Of a stretch of 64,000 nt of DNA, positions 10,286-22,051 are shown in pieces (the stretch's first letter is position 1; each line of letters opens with the position of its first letter). The position numbers and the translations under genes are program-made. The stretch lies in assembly GCA_015680685.1 (NCBI GenBank), contig MNCI01002105.1, forward strand, positions 124,001 to 188,000, written 5' to 3'. Source of the stretch: Gnetum montanum (taxonomy: Eukaryota > Plantae > Gnetophyta). The notes beneath the pieces were generated by a model, which was not told the origin of the DNA, did no database searches, and saw only the letters and a list, made by a program, of their open reading frames with translations.

Positions 10286-13200
10286 TTAGCCTATTTTCTC
10301 TTCTTGCTCTCCTCTAAAGAGTAAATTTGTAAAACCTACTTTATTTTGTTCTGTGTCATTAATATCATTTGCATGGTAATCATCTTCATCAAGAACTGAA
10401 TCATCAATATTAAGATTCATTGCTCTAGGAACATTAACTAAGTCATTAGAATAACTTTCTCTATCATCAACTATTGCAACATCATCATCTTTTGGATTAA
10501 CATCCCAATGAAGAGCAAGTGATTGCCTATACATTATTTCCTTTCTTTCTTCCAATCTAATCATGCTATGAATAAATACGAAATTTTCAACTCTTTTTGG
10601 AGTAAGACTATTTCTTTTTATAGGATGAATGAAAGAATATGTTGACCAATTTCTTTCAGCAGAAGAAGAAGATGCAACCTACATAAATGATAAAAAAAAG
10701 AATGAAATTTTGCATTGTTAAAAAATTCATTTTATAAATCATTCAAAACTTCATCAATAAACAAACTCATTTGAAGTTTTAGACCTGATAGCCTACTAAC
10801 ATGGTGTTTAGAGAATGCAAAATGATATATAAAACATCACTATTTCAAGTTTTCAAACATCACATTACATAAATCTATTAAGGAAATTAATGTGTATATA
10901 TATTTATTATATGTTTAATGAAAAATTGATATCATTACATGAGAAAGAAGCTTCACTGCTAAAGTTTGAAGTCTAGGAGTATCTCCACCATACAAACTCC
11001 ACCATCTAGTTGGATCTTCTTGAGCTATTCCAACCATATCAAATACAACATCTTGACATTTAAATGCTTTTGTATGTCCTTTAGTAAATTGAAACCATTT
11101 CTTTCTAATTAAGCTAGCCTCACAAGATGAATATAACTATTTAACATATTTTAAAAAACTTGTTCTTACATCAAAATCATCACAAGGCCTTGTTGGATTT
11201 TTGTCTTTGTGTTTTGAAGAATACTACTTAATATTTAATGCATATGCAACCATGTGCAATGGGGTATTTATAGCATTCTATCTTTTTAGAATTGATAGAA
11301 GTAGCTGACCATTGTAAAAATCAAAAGAGCTATGCATTTCTAGAACCTTTAATTTCTGCTAACATGTTTACATAAATTACATAAATTTCTCCTAATGTAG
11401 GTGTATCTGTATCAGCATAATGAATGAAATCAACAATAGATTGTAGCATGTTGACAAAATATATTTCTGTAACTCTTTTTCTACTACTTATTTGATAAAA
11501 TCTTTTCTCTAACACTTTTTCTTATATATGTGTTGCTTCCTCTCAATTCTTCCATTTACTAGTTATGAACATTATTTGTAATGATTCTTGTATCTCTTGC
11601 ATTCTCTTCAACATTATGAAATATGAAGCAAACCTGTTTCAAAAAATTAATAATTAGTTTAGCATTAATAAATCAAATCTTATAAAAACACACCATATAG
11701 AATTTTTGATTAAGTATTTGATGAGTCATGATATCGCGTACGCGATATTGCATCCACCATGCGATATCGCGTTCTACCTCATCTTCTATAAATAAAAGGC
11801 GACACCTTTTTTTCCAAGATAGTTAGACTTAGACCCTTATCTAGATTCTTCTAGTTTTGTTATTCCAGAGTTAGAATTATTTCTGTGTGCCCGCAGTAGG
11901 AGTCATAGAGTGAACGGATCTTTATTCGAGCAATTTGTACCTGAGCACAATCTTGTGTATGGCAATAAAAACAAACTTTGTGACAAACCTTGCAACATAC
12001 AGATTAAGCTAATGAGTAATTAATGATTGTTTAATGCTTTCCTAGTTAATTAATATCTTTCTCAACCTTTAATCCCCTTAGTTAAATACACTCAGTACGA
12101 CTACTTCGAGCATGCGTGTAGCATTTGGTAATCCAGTAACGATTAGCATTTGGTAATCCCAGCAGCGCTGCATTGGTTCAGGATGTGTACTGTAAGTGGG
12201 AATGGATACTGGTGTTAGGAATGTTTAGAAACTGGTTAATGAATAGTTAATGTAAGTTAATAACTTAGTTCTCTCTCCCTTTCCTTTACTAGCAGAAGAC
12301 ATAAAAATATAAAAACTACAGAAATCATATACCTCAAGCTTACTTAATCATACAACCGTGACAATACAAGTAAGTTTGGGAAGACAACGATCGATTAACC
12401 CTAAGTGTTCTATTAAGATGTGTAAGCACTTAGTCCTTGAAGTTCGATTGGATTGCACGTGAAATGCTTGTATTTGTATGGTTGAGTGTAGGGGTACCTT
12501 GCCACTCATTAGTCTTATTTTTGTTACATTCTTTGAACAAAGAATTTGAGCAGTGATGATTGCAAATGAAAATTTCTATGCCTCTTGCATCTATAATAAG
12601 ATTTTTCACCCAATCAATTTTACCAATATCACAAAGTGTATTATTTAGAGAATGAACACAATAAGGAGTCCAAAATATATTTGAATGAATCATTTCTATC
12701 ATTTTTCATGCATGCCTATAAATAGGAGCTGCATCTATTATGACTTGAATAACGTTACTTGAATCAATAGCTACATTTGTTGTCTCTAATAATTTGGCTT
12801 GAAAATTAGCATCGTTTATATGATTGGAGCAGTTTGTAGCTTTAAGAAAAAATGATCCAAGTTGACAACTAATTATAATATTAATTAATGAACATTGATA
12901 AATATCAGTCCATCCATCCATTATAACAAAACAATCGCTTTGCTACCAAAATTTCTTTCATTCCTTCAACTTTTTCATACCAAGTTCATACCTCTCATCA
13001 AGAAAATCATTTCGAAGTTTATCTTCAGTTGGAGGATATAACATGGACTTGCCATATAAAAATATTAATTTTACTAAATAAAAATGATAATTTAAATTTT
13101 AAAAATATTACCTACTTCAATGGCACAACGAAATGCTTTTTTGAATGAAGGAGTAGGTGTAAGTTTGAATAGTAATCCATTTGCATAGAATATTTTTGCA

Positions 13201-13721
13201 ATATTGATATTAGCTTTTATTATTTTTTTCAACTTGAAAATTTATTTCTGTTTGTTTAACTACTTTTCTTTTTGCTAGTTGTACAACATCCTTGGTCATG
13301 TTCTTGCTTCCCTCTGTTCCAACACTTACAGTAAGACTCTTTATCATAGTCCTTGTTTGGAAGTAAACATACATAACTTTTTGAATATCAGGATATGGAG
13401 CTCTACATGCAATAACATATGCTCTTGTTTTATTTTTTAATGTCTGAAAGAAATGATGATGTATTTGTGTAAACTTGTAGTGAATTCATGGCTACATACA
13501 TGACATTTCCATCCTTTACTTCCACCTTCTCCACTCCTACAAGTATCTAATTGTGTTATAAATTGCTTTAATGGAGATTTTAAAATAAATCCACCTCTTG
13601 CAAATGGTTTCAAATTTTCCACATTACAATCTTAGACATTTTGTTCTAGTGATGCATTTTCCTCTAATAGAGTACTGCCTATTTCATTCTCATTGTTATC
13701 TATGTCTTGAATAGAGCTCAT
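10286..13721 (-). pseudogene. hAT transposase (BED finger, DUF659-type core, C-terminal dimerisation domain), intron-containing and degraded
   Basis: WKCHVCSHEF (BED). DGWTD..LINII, IQVIIDAA, IFWTPYCVHSLN, RFASYFIML and DTDTPTLGEIY (core). WWSLYG..TPRLQTLAVKLLS and ASSSSAERNWSTYSFIH (dimerisation). Confidence 0.9.
11719..12511 (+). mobile_element. Solo LTR of the Athila-type family inserted in the hAT transposase
   Basis: Ends TGATGAGT..ACTCATTA. 5-bp TSD GTATT/GTCTT. 3' end matches the LTRs at 27520, 35741 and 61867. Confidence 0.88.
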
Positions 13722-16423
13722 CTTTATGATTATGTAAATATTAGTGGTAAAAATTTAAAAATGAGATTTCATTGTTACTATTTAGTTTACAAGAGTTGAA
13801 ATGAATTAAGAAAAACTTACAAATAGATATACTAACCAATTTCCCAAATTAGCCTGACTAAAGGTATCTTTCTTTCTTTTTCTATTTGCATAGAGCTTTT
13901 AGGAAAATGTCTTGAGGGCTTTAAAACTAAAATGTTATTCAATGCAATAAATCTAAAAATACAAAACAATAATAGAGTTAGGGAAAAAATTGAAAATACA
14001 AAATAGTGATAAATTTTAAAATTACAAGATAAAATTTCAATAAGGATAAGAAGAAAAACTAAAAACTATAGATGGGTGTACTTAATAGCTGTTGAAAGAA
14101 CTCTAATCAAGAAAATATATTCTTTATTCAATTTTGCATAGGGGTTTCATAAAACTATTCCTTGTGCATTAAAATTTAAAACTTGTCCAATGCAATACAG
14201 CCCAAAAAAGGATGTAAATAAAAAGCAAAAATAAAATTTAAACATAATTGAAGCTTGGATCATAATTGGAAACTAGATAAAATCTTAGAACATAACCTTG
14301 TTACCAACAAAGCTTAAAAAATAACAATGCAATGTATTACAATAGTTGTTTTTCTTTCTTCACAAATTATTTCTTTTATTGTACAACAATGTAATACAAA
14401 ATTAATATTGTAAATTGCATAGCAATACCATAACCTTCAATACAAAATAATATCACAATATGTAATATGTAATACATAGAGAATTGCCACTTGCAACACA
14501 AAACAACTTGCAATATCACCACTAAACTGAAGCAAGAAAATTTACAACAAAGGTATGAAGAGCATTGAATCCATCTCCTTAAGAGCCATAATTGAGCCAA
14601 ACATATAATTTCTGCAACAACCAAAATCACAGCAATAAAATAAAACCCTTTTGTTACTCAATCCAGTCTTTCTAGAAATGAAATTAAGTCTCAATGAAAT
14701 TTATAACAATGAAACCAAGTTTCTAGTAAGATTCAGGAGGAAAAGATAAGTAAGATTTTAATGCACAATGCATACATCCAGAAAAAGACAAGAACCAATT
14801 GAACACAAATGGATAAATCGAGGAAAAGAAGGTAACAATTAAATGATAATGAATAATATGAAGCAAGGCTAACATTTCAATGTATATGTATAAATTGAGA
14901 CAAAATTTCATTGGAAACTATGAAATACGTACCCATTGCAGAGTTAATGTGCTTCTGTATGCACTCCTGATTCCAGCATGAACAATCCCCAAATTCATTC
15001 AAAATCACAAATCTTTGGTGCATAGGGTATTGGGAATACTCCTGGCTCATCACTCATCATATTCCTAGGGTAGCCTGATCTAAATGTAAAGTTTTAGGTA
15101 AGCATATTCTAACCATAATATCCTACTAAACTTGTGGTAAAACTTACATTGTCGGCAAGAGTTTTGCTAGACGGGAGTTTCCAGAAAAAAATGGCATGCA
15201 AAGTTAAAAATTGAAACTTTCCAGCAAGTTATAAATTTATTGGGCTGGACAGCCGTTGGCATGCATGAACGGTAAGATTTGAAAATAATAAAAGGTAAAT
15301 AGAGCAAGCAGCAGTTCAGTCATGGGCACCAAGGTGAAAACAGCAGCATGGCTAACCATTGTGCAATGACCATGGTTTCAGGCCTCACGGAACAAGGTAC
15401 CCTCCACGGTGACATCGGAAGATGGCCTGAAAGGTAAGCGGCATGTGTTGAGTCTATTCTAATGCAGAGACAAGGCTATCCATCATTGGCGCTGGAGCAC
15501 TAAGGATGCCTTCATGGATGCCATAGTATAGCTGCTGCTGCTTCAGAGATCCAAGGGAGGCCGTCTCTATTCCTGAACGTGTCTTGTACACATTCTACGC
15601 TACTCATGCCTTTGCAACGACCTTACTGGAGCATCTCACGGAGCACATATTTCACTTTCACGCTCACATCATCGTTGATTTAAAATGCCTGGCAAGGAAA
15701 AAAAGCGAAAAGAGACCAAGACCATCGAAGACCTGACTGCAAACATAATGTCATCGTGCTATCGAGGCACATATAGTCTAAATCAGAAGCTATCTTGTTA
15801 GCTTAAACAGTATGTCCAAGTATAATATAGGTTTAAATCATTTTTATGATTTTTGGCTTAGTATTATTACTGCTTGATTTACTTCATGCCCATAATTTAT
15901 TTTATCCAAAATTTCAGTTTGAAGTTATTGTTTACTCGGAATGTTACATCTTGAAATTTATTTTAAACGTTTTCCACATAAATTCTGTTGTGTATTTCAT
16001 TGTTTTACTATTTTTATTTGCTGTTTTACAGGTAACAAAAAGGAACTCCAGTTCAAACAAAAACCTGCTGTCCATCCATTGTTCCTTCTGTTGCAGCTGA
16101 ATCACTACCCCACAACTGGATTTCCTTAGCTATCCAATCCTGTTCTCATCCTCTACAGTGAACCCAAATGGGAAGCCTTTCACTTACCAGCAAGCATTCA
16201 TTCACAATCCATCCGTTTTTATATTCAATTCCGGGAAAAGAACATTCTTAAAACATAAATTCCATGTACCTTTAATCAAAATAACACCAAATTCTATCAC
16301 CCCAAGAAAACACCCTAGAAAACTGAAAAATCTCCCCATTCTTAGTACTGTCCATCTCCTCTGTTCATCTTTGGCATTTTCTCCGGTTTATAGACCATCT
16401 GCTAAGTGCTAAGGTAAACGAAT

Positions 16424-16890
16424 CTACAAAACCGGAGGGCCTGGTGGGATACTTGTGTGTGTGTCATCCATGCTTCTCATGGATATGTCAACATTGGAAT
16501 CCTCCAGTGCCCGAGGAAGTGACATTTCCAAATCTATTCTGAAGATTTCATCGTCATCAACTGTAGAGGGCTTCCACTGCTCAACAAGAGATAATAAAAC
16601 ATTAACAGCATGTCCCATGTTTGGCCTCTGTCGTGGCTCATCTGCAGTGCAGTGGCCTGCCAATTCTGCAACCGTGCAAATGCTCTTGAATGTCTCTTCA
16701 GTTACATCCATGTTCTGGTCCAGAACATTGATAAAGTTTTCCTTCTGCATGTGCATTCTGCTAAACCATGTTACAAGATGCATGCTTTCCTCGGACTGGG
16801 AATAGTCAAGAGCCTTTCTTCCACTGATGAGCTCCATAAGCACCACTCCATAGCTGAACACATCTACTTTTGTAGTCACTCTGCCTGTGA
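16424..16890 (-). CDS. TMK: TMK-like exon 5 (kinase subdomains IX-XI and C-tail)
   Basis: Starts TTTCATGCAG|TC ACA GGC. Current stop is at 16424; the ancestral-type tail ends at 16388 in other frames. Confidence 0.9.
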
Positions 16891-17403
16891 CTGCATGAAA
16901 CAAACATCAGGTAACAGAAAACATCCCACCACTGGAGAAGAATATAGATTTGAGACTAGCGTGGTTTAATTTTAACAGAGCATTTAAAAAATAGTCCGAC
17001 AATTATAACTAAGATTAGCAGAAGAAGAATAAATGATCTATTGGGCATAATCGGTTGATAATTAAACATTGAAAAAACACTGCCTCAAGAAAATGGGCAC
17101 AAAACAATAGATGAAGTGTGAAAAAAATCATTCAAGTTAATGCATGATATTTAGTGGCTCCTAGGGTTTAAGCTTCTGCTAAAAGGATTGTTCATGTACT
17201 CCCTGCGTAATATTAAGATGTATATGAAAAACCCATCCAAGAACGGTAGATAATGTGGGTTGAAACATAAGATTAAACCCTAATAGAACTCCAATATACT
17301 TCGCAAATTCAAAGCAGTGATGGTGAATTTCTTACATAGCGATAAAAATTGCAAAGCCAATTTATGATCAAAGACAAATTTAAACTGTTCATAAAAAAGT
17401 TAC

Positions 17404-17962
17404 ATGCGTATTCCGGTGCAAGGTAGCCAAACGTCCCCGCTAGTCTAGTATCCACAGAGAATTTCCCATCAGGAACAACCCGAACCAGGCCAAAATCTGA
17501 AACTTTGGCCCTCATATCATCTCCCAGAAGTATATTGGATGGTTTAAGGTCCCTGTGAATAAAACTCTTTTGTGCAAGGCTATGCAGATATTCAACTCCT
17601 CTGGCAACATCCAAAGCAATTGCAAGCCTCTTGGTCCAATCCAGAGGCTTCAAATTCCTACTCTCCCATTCAAAAAGATGGTGGCTGAGGGGACCCTGTG
17701 ACATGCACTCAAAAACAATAAGTCTTTCATTACCCTCAGTGCAATAGCCCAAAAGAGCAACAAGATTCCTATGGCGAACTTTGGTCAAAACAGCGATCTC
17801 AGCCTGAAATTCATTCAGTCCCTTGCTGCTCATCACTCCCGATTCCATCCTCTTTACAGCAATCTGTGTTCCATCATGCAACTCCCCCTTGTAGACCACT
17901 CCAAATCCACCACGGCCCAGTACATTCTGTTCACTGAAATTGTTTGTCGCTGTGCACAATAC
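17404..17962 (-). CDS. TMK: TMK-like exon 4 (kinase subdomains I-VIII)
   Basis: Starts TTCTTCAG|GTATTG; runs through [17 protein letters not shown] and [11 protein letters not shown] to |GTAAC. Confidence 0.92.
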
Positions 17963-18514
17963 CTGAAGAAAATAAAACAGTTAGTGGTTAAGATTCAAGA
18001 AAACACAGCCATGTAATTAAGATTCAGAGGAAACTATTCATTAAAAGAAAAACTCCCACTTGCATCCTATCGTATGTTCATTCCCGGTGGGTTGCATTGA
18101 CATTTCCTAAAATTAGGTAAAAGAAATGGTCCAAACAGAACTCTGTAATAGCTTACCATGGTCTCGGTGTTCTCCACAAGGACATAGTAAACCACTTTAA
18201 GATTCAAACAAACATGGAACATCTTCCAATAGCTTAGAAATGGAATGAAAAGTTTAGCAAGTAAAACCCTAATGGACCGAATATTCTACGGGAGACGAAA
18301 TCAAGGCAAAATTGAAGTGAAATGCGTTGCAGGGAGTACCCTAGTACTTTAGCCCAAGTCTGAAAAATGCAACAGGAACAGAATAAAAATTTTGGTGCAT
18401 GAAATTTTCCAAAAACAGGGAAAGGTCATCTGAGTAGGCATCTGAAACAAGAAAAACAAAGTTTTAGAATTATGCAACCCATAACCTGGAATCTAGGATC
18501 AGAAAATTTCTAAC

Positions 18515-18738
18515 CTGCATGGAGAAAACCATGTTTTCCGCTCCTTTGGTGGTAGCCGGAGGATTAGACTCTGACGTATTTGGGCTCTGAACAGGGCCAA
18601 ATTTTCTACGCATCTTCAACCAGCAGAAGCACGAGCACCCAATCAGTACCAAACCCACAATCGCTCCTGCGGCCGCACCAGCAATTGCAGCAACATTAGA
18701 AGATGATCGTGATGATGGCAGTGTTGATCCTCCCTTGC
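18515..18738 (-). CDS. TMK: TMK-like exon 3 (transmembrane and juxtamembrane); acceptor position approximate
   Basis: VAAIAGAAAGAIVGLVLIGCSCFCWLKMRRKFGPVQSPN..NMVFSMQ|GTTAG. Confidence 0.78.
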
Positions 18739-19199
18739 CTTCCCTTCGAAATCAATGCTCCATTGTAAGCCAGTTAACTCAAATTCAAGTTTCGTATAAG
18801 TTCCTTTTTGTTTTTTTTAAGACTTAATTGTAAGAGCGTCAAGGGATAGACAAGAACAGTTCCTACTGGACATGAATTCAATTCAAACAAAAGTAATAAT
18901 TAAAAACGATACACCAGCTTTGTAAACAGTTGTGGAATGATTGATTCAATGATGATGATACTAAAAATTGAACAAGCACAAAGTAAAAAATAAAAAATAC
19001 ACCACCTCCTGCATTCTAAGACCAACATAAAAAAATCCAATTTATTCACACAGGTGTATCCTCCATCTCTCTATTTTCGAGACCGATGATAATTAATTAA
19101 ATATATAGAAAACCATCTCCATTTGCATGACACTACGGAAACTTAACTAATATGGCTCCATGTCGGAAGAAAGAATTTCAGCGTCAATTTCATCATTAC

Positions 19200-20232
19200 C
19201 TGGCGAATCGCTGCTATTGGATGAACCTCCTGGTGTACCACTGCTGTTGGATGAACCTCCTGGTGTACCTGGTGTGGAAGGAGACCCAGAAGGCGTAGGA
19301 GCAACATCTTTGCCAATATTGGGATTCCCAGTCACCAGCACCTGCACGGTACGAGCAAAGGGCGGTACCTTTCCCGATAAATTATTATTTCTGAGGTCCA
19401 GCTTCGTCAGCTTCTGCAATTTGGTGAGCTCAGTTGGAATCGTTCCTGTTAAATTATTATTGTTCAAGATAATGATGGACAACTCGCTGAAATTCGCCAA
19501 TGCCGGGGATAATGTGCCACTTAGCTGCAGGCTGGCCATGTTCAGAACACTGATATCCCCATCCACAGAACAGGAAACGTACATCCAGGAATTGCAGGGA
19601 TTGTTTCCCATCCAATTCGAGGCAAGAACGTATGGGTAGCCCAGATCACTTGCAAACTGTAGCAGGGTATCCACGCTGGGATCACAGGGGCCAGGTTGAT
19701 CCAGACAAAAGCTATTGCTGCCCACCTCAGCAACCACGGATTCCTCAAAAGAGGGGTAGCGGCCTTGCAAGGCATTTTCAAACAGTGAAACATTTGTAAG
19801 TGATGGAAGACTCATTAAAGATTGTGGTTGTGGCCCTGTGAATTTGTTGCTGCTGAGGTTGAGGTCTTTCACAGAAACAAGTTTACTGAGATCTGGAATG
19901 GCGCCCGTGAAATTGTTGTTGTGAAGCCAGACCTATACCAAAGAAGTCATCTTTGCGATGACATTTATGTTGCCGGACAGTGACTCGCCCATCTGGCCGT
20001 TGAGCCACAGAATCACCACTTTCGATTTGGCGAAGCTCGGAGGAATGGAACCTGACAGATTGTTCAGGGCCAGAGAAATCGTGTAGAGGTAGGGAAACCG
20101 GTCGCCGAAGAAACTGGGAATTGGGCCGGTTAGTCCCGTTGCTGTTGCAGTGAAATTTACAAGGCTCGAGGAGTCGGTAAGATCTTGAGGCAGAGTCCAT
20201 GGCTCGAATGGATTGCCGTCTATCGCAATAAC
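19200..20232 (-). CDS. TMK: TMK-like exon 2 (LRRs, island, second LRR block, linker); contains a premature TAG
   Basis: Acceptor TTTTGGCAG|GTT. Reading frame is continuous across TAG 19933-35 (SLV*VWLHNNNFTGAIPDLS). Donor CCAG|GTAATG. Confidence 0.85.
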
Positions 20233-20796
20233 CTGCCAAAACACACCTTCTAGTAAAGAATCAAATAATCCAACAAAAATCCTTGTCCAATCTCATATTA
20301 AAAAATTTATTTAAAAAGAAACACCAATGGTAAATGCACTGAATTAAACACTTTTCTATCCTGTATATCCAGTATATGTTAGGCCAGCACCATCATCATA
20401 AATGTCTCAGAACCTATAAACAACTTATACCTCATTGAGAAGGCAACCACTGTGTCTCAGTAAGAAATAGATTTTATACCCAAACGTTCAAAATTGGAGG
20501 AAAAGGGCAAACTTGAAAAACCAAACAGAACCTATCCAGAACAGAAAGGAAAAGTTTTCCAACTCGACACAAAACTAAAAGCAGATTTCAACGCAAGGTA
20601 CAATAAAAAGAAAAACGTGAAGAAAGATAAAAAAACGAAAACACCAGATGGCAAGCGCAGGGTCAACATACTTGTGAGAATTTCGTATAGAAATGGGAAA
20701 ACACGCAAAAAACCTGTTTTTTAACATACATTCCACCAGGAAAAAGGAATTGCCGAAACCGAATTGCGTCCGTAACAAAGAACTTGAGTTGTGTAC

Positions 20797-21201
20797 CTGC
20801 AGAGACGTTAAATTCTTGAAGAAATCATTGGGAATGGAGGAAAAAGTGTTGTTGTCGACGAAAACGCTTTTAAGTCTGCTCATGCCTGCGAAGGTGGGCA
20901 GGGACCCGGAGAGGCTGTTGTTCTGGATGGAGAGTGAGGTGAGTTGGGAGAGCTGGTTCAAGTTGGAAGGTAGTGTACCAGACAGCGAGCTGCTCCGCAA
21001 ATCGATGCCTACAATCCTGTCTCCGGCGCAGGTCACGCCATTCCAGGAGCAGGGATCAACCGATGAATCCCAACCCAGGGCCGTTTCCGCTTCGATAGCC
21101 TGGGCAAGATCCTGTATCACCTTCCCGTCTCCGGGATCAATTGCACACCTCACCCTGCACAAAACGCTGTGTAAAGCAAAAATTGCCAGCGACAGTCTCA
21201 T
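20797..21201 (-). CDS. TMK: TMK-like exon 1 (signal peptide, LRRNT, first LRRs)
   Basis: MRLSLAIF..DPCSWNGVTC..LSGTLP; ends CAG|GTAC; 405 bp. Confidence 0.85.
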
Positions 21202-21964
21202 TTTCTCAGCACCCAAGCTGAAAGAACAAACTTGATGCAGCAATGGCTACTTCAATGCTGGCAAAAAAGGGCTCACAGAACAGATGCATGTTCTTTTGGC
21301 TCTAAAGTGCAGAATCTGTGGCCCCGTATGGCCTTTGAATGCAAAGAATATCGACAAACTTCTCCCTTTCAGAGCTTTTAAGCACGTTATCAGAACCAAA
21401 ATCGCCAAGACGCGTTCCATTTTGATCCTTAAATCACGGCAACACCAGTGAGATCACCAAAACGTCCCTTTCAAACCTTCAAAGTTCAAACACACCATAG
21501 CAACACCAAAATCACTGTGAATAAGCACAACCTAAGAGATTCCTTTAAGAAAATAAATATAATAATAAGAATCAGTTATTACAAGGATTTACTAAACACA
21601 ACACTTCTTCCGAGTAACACCACTAGAATTAGCATAATCCGAGTAACATTGAACATGTTTCGAGGAAGAACAAACTAATGCATCATTCTTCATTGTCCAG
21701 TTGGAAAGACATTGACATGGATCAACAGTAATATGTTTCCTAAATTCTATGAGAGTTTGTGCATCTGTTTCAGGGACTGAGTTCGTAGAAACTGTCCCCG
21801 AGAGTTATTAGAAACTATCACCACCGTTGCATCAGAAACATCCTTGCTAATGAGGATGCAGAGCACTGTGAATATTGAAGCAGCGTCAAAAGCATGATAG
21901 CTATCCATCTCCATTTACAGATCTTGGTAAACTTTACCTCTTATGTAGAAACCCAAATATTATC

Positions 21965-22051
21965 TGTATTTAAAGCACAGAAGTATGGCATGAATTGGAA
22001 CGTCAATGTATTTAAAGCACAGAAAGTATGGCATGACTTAGAACGTCGTTG
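21965..22051. repeat. ~42-bp tandem duplication upstream of the TMK-like gene
   Basis: TGTATTTAAAGCACAGAA(A)GTATGGCATGA..GAACGTC occurs twice. Confidence 0.85.

Larger units (their letters stand above)
9872..15025 (-). mobile_element. hAT-superfamily DNA transposon, 5.15 kb
   Basis: TIRs CTATGCATCAAAAGA (9872) and TCTTTGGTGCATAG (ends 15025). 8-bp TSD GGTATAGG (9864-9871) / GGTATTGG (15026-15033). Internal transposase remnant. Confidence 0.88.
9057..15052 (+). repeat. Athila-family LTR (9057-9871 plus 15034-15052), split by a hAT insertion
   Basis: Preceded by PPT CATGGGGG; TATA at ~9161. Body resembles 61060-61860. The terminal ..GGTTCGGTATAGG resumes after the hAT as GAATACTCCTGGCTCATCA. 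Confidence 0.75.
16388..21201 (-). pseudogene. TMK: TMK/BARK1-family (LRR-IX) receptor-like kinase, 5 exons, probably pseudogenised
   Basis: Signal peptide, two LRR blocks separated by a Cys-containing island (W.GNNPC..W..VSC), a Ser/Gly/Pro linker and a TM helix. Kinase motifs [84 protein letters not shown] and [14 protein letters not shown]. In-frame TAG at 19933-19935. Confidence 0.9.

Noticed and set aside
12430-12702. 90-aa ORF as a standalone gene
   Set aside because: Chimeric: hAT transposase sequence reading into the inserted solo LTR.
15053-16380. Moderate-GC segment between the LTR end and the TMK 3' end
   Set aside because: No interpretable ORF, termini or RNA gene could be supported.
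19160-21235. Plus-strand ORFs 19160-19639 and 20693-21235 (also 16455-16805)
   Set aside because: Antisense shadows of TMK exons.
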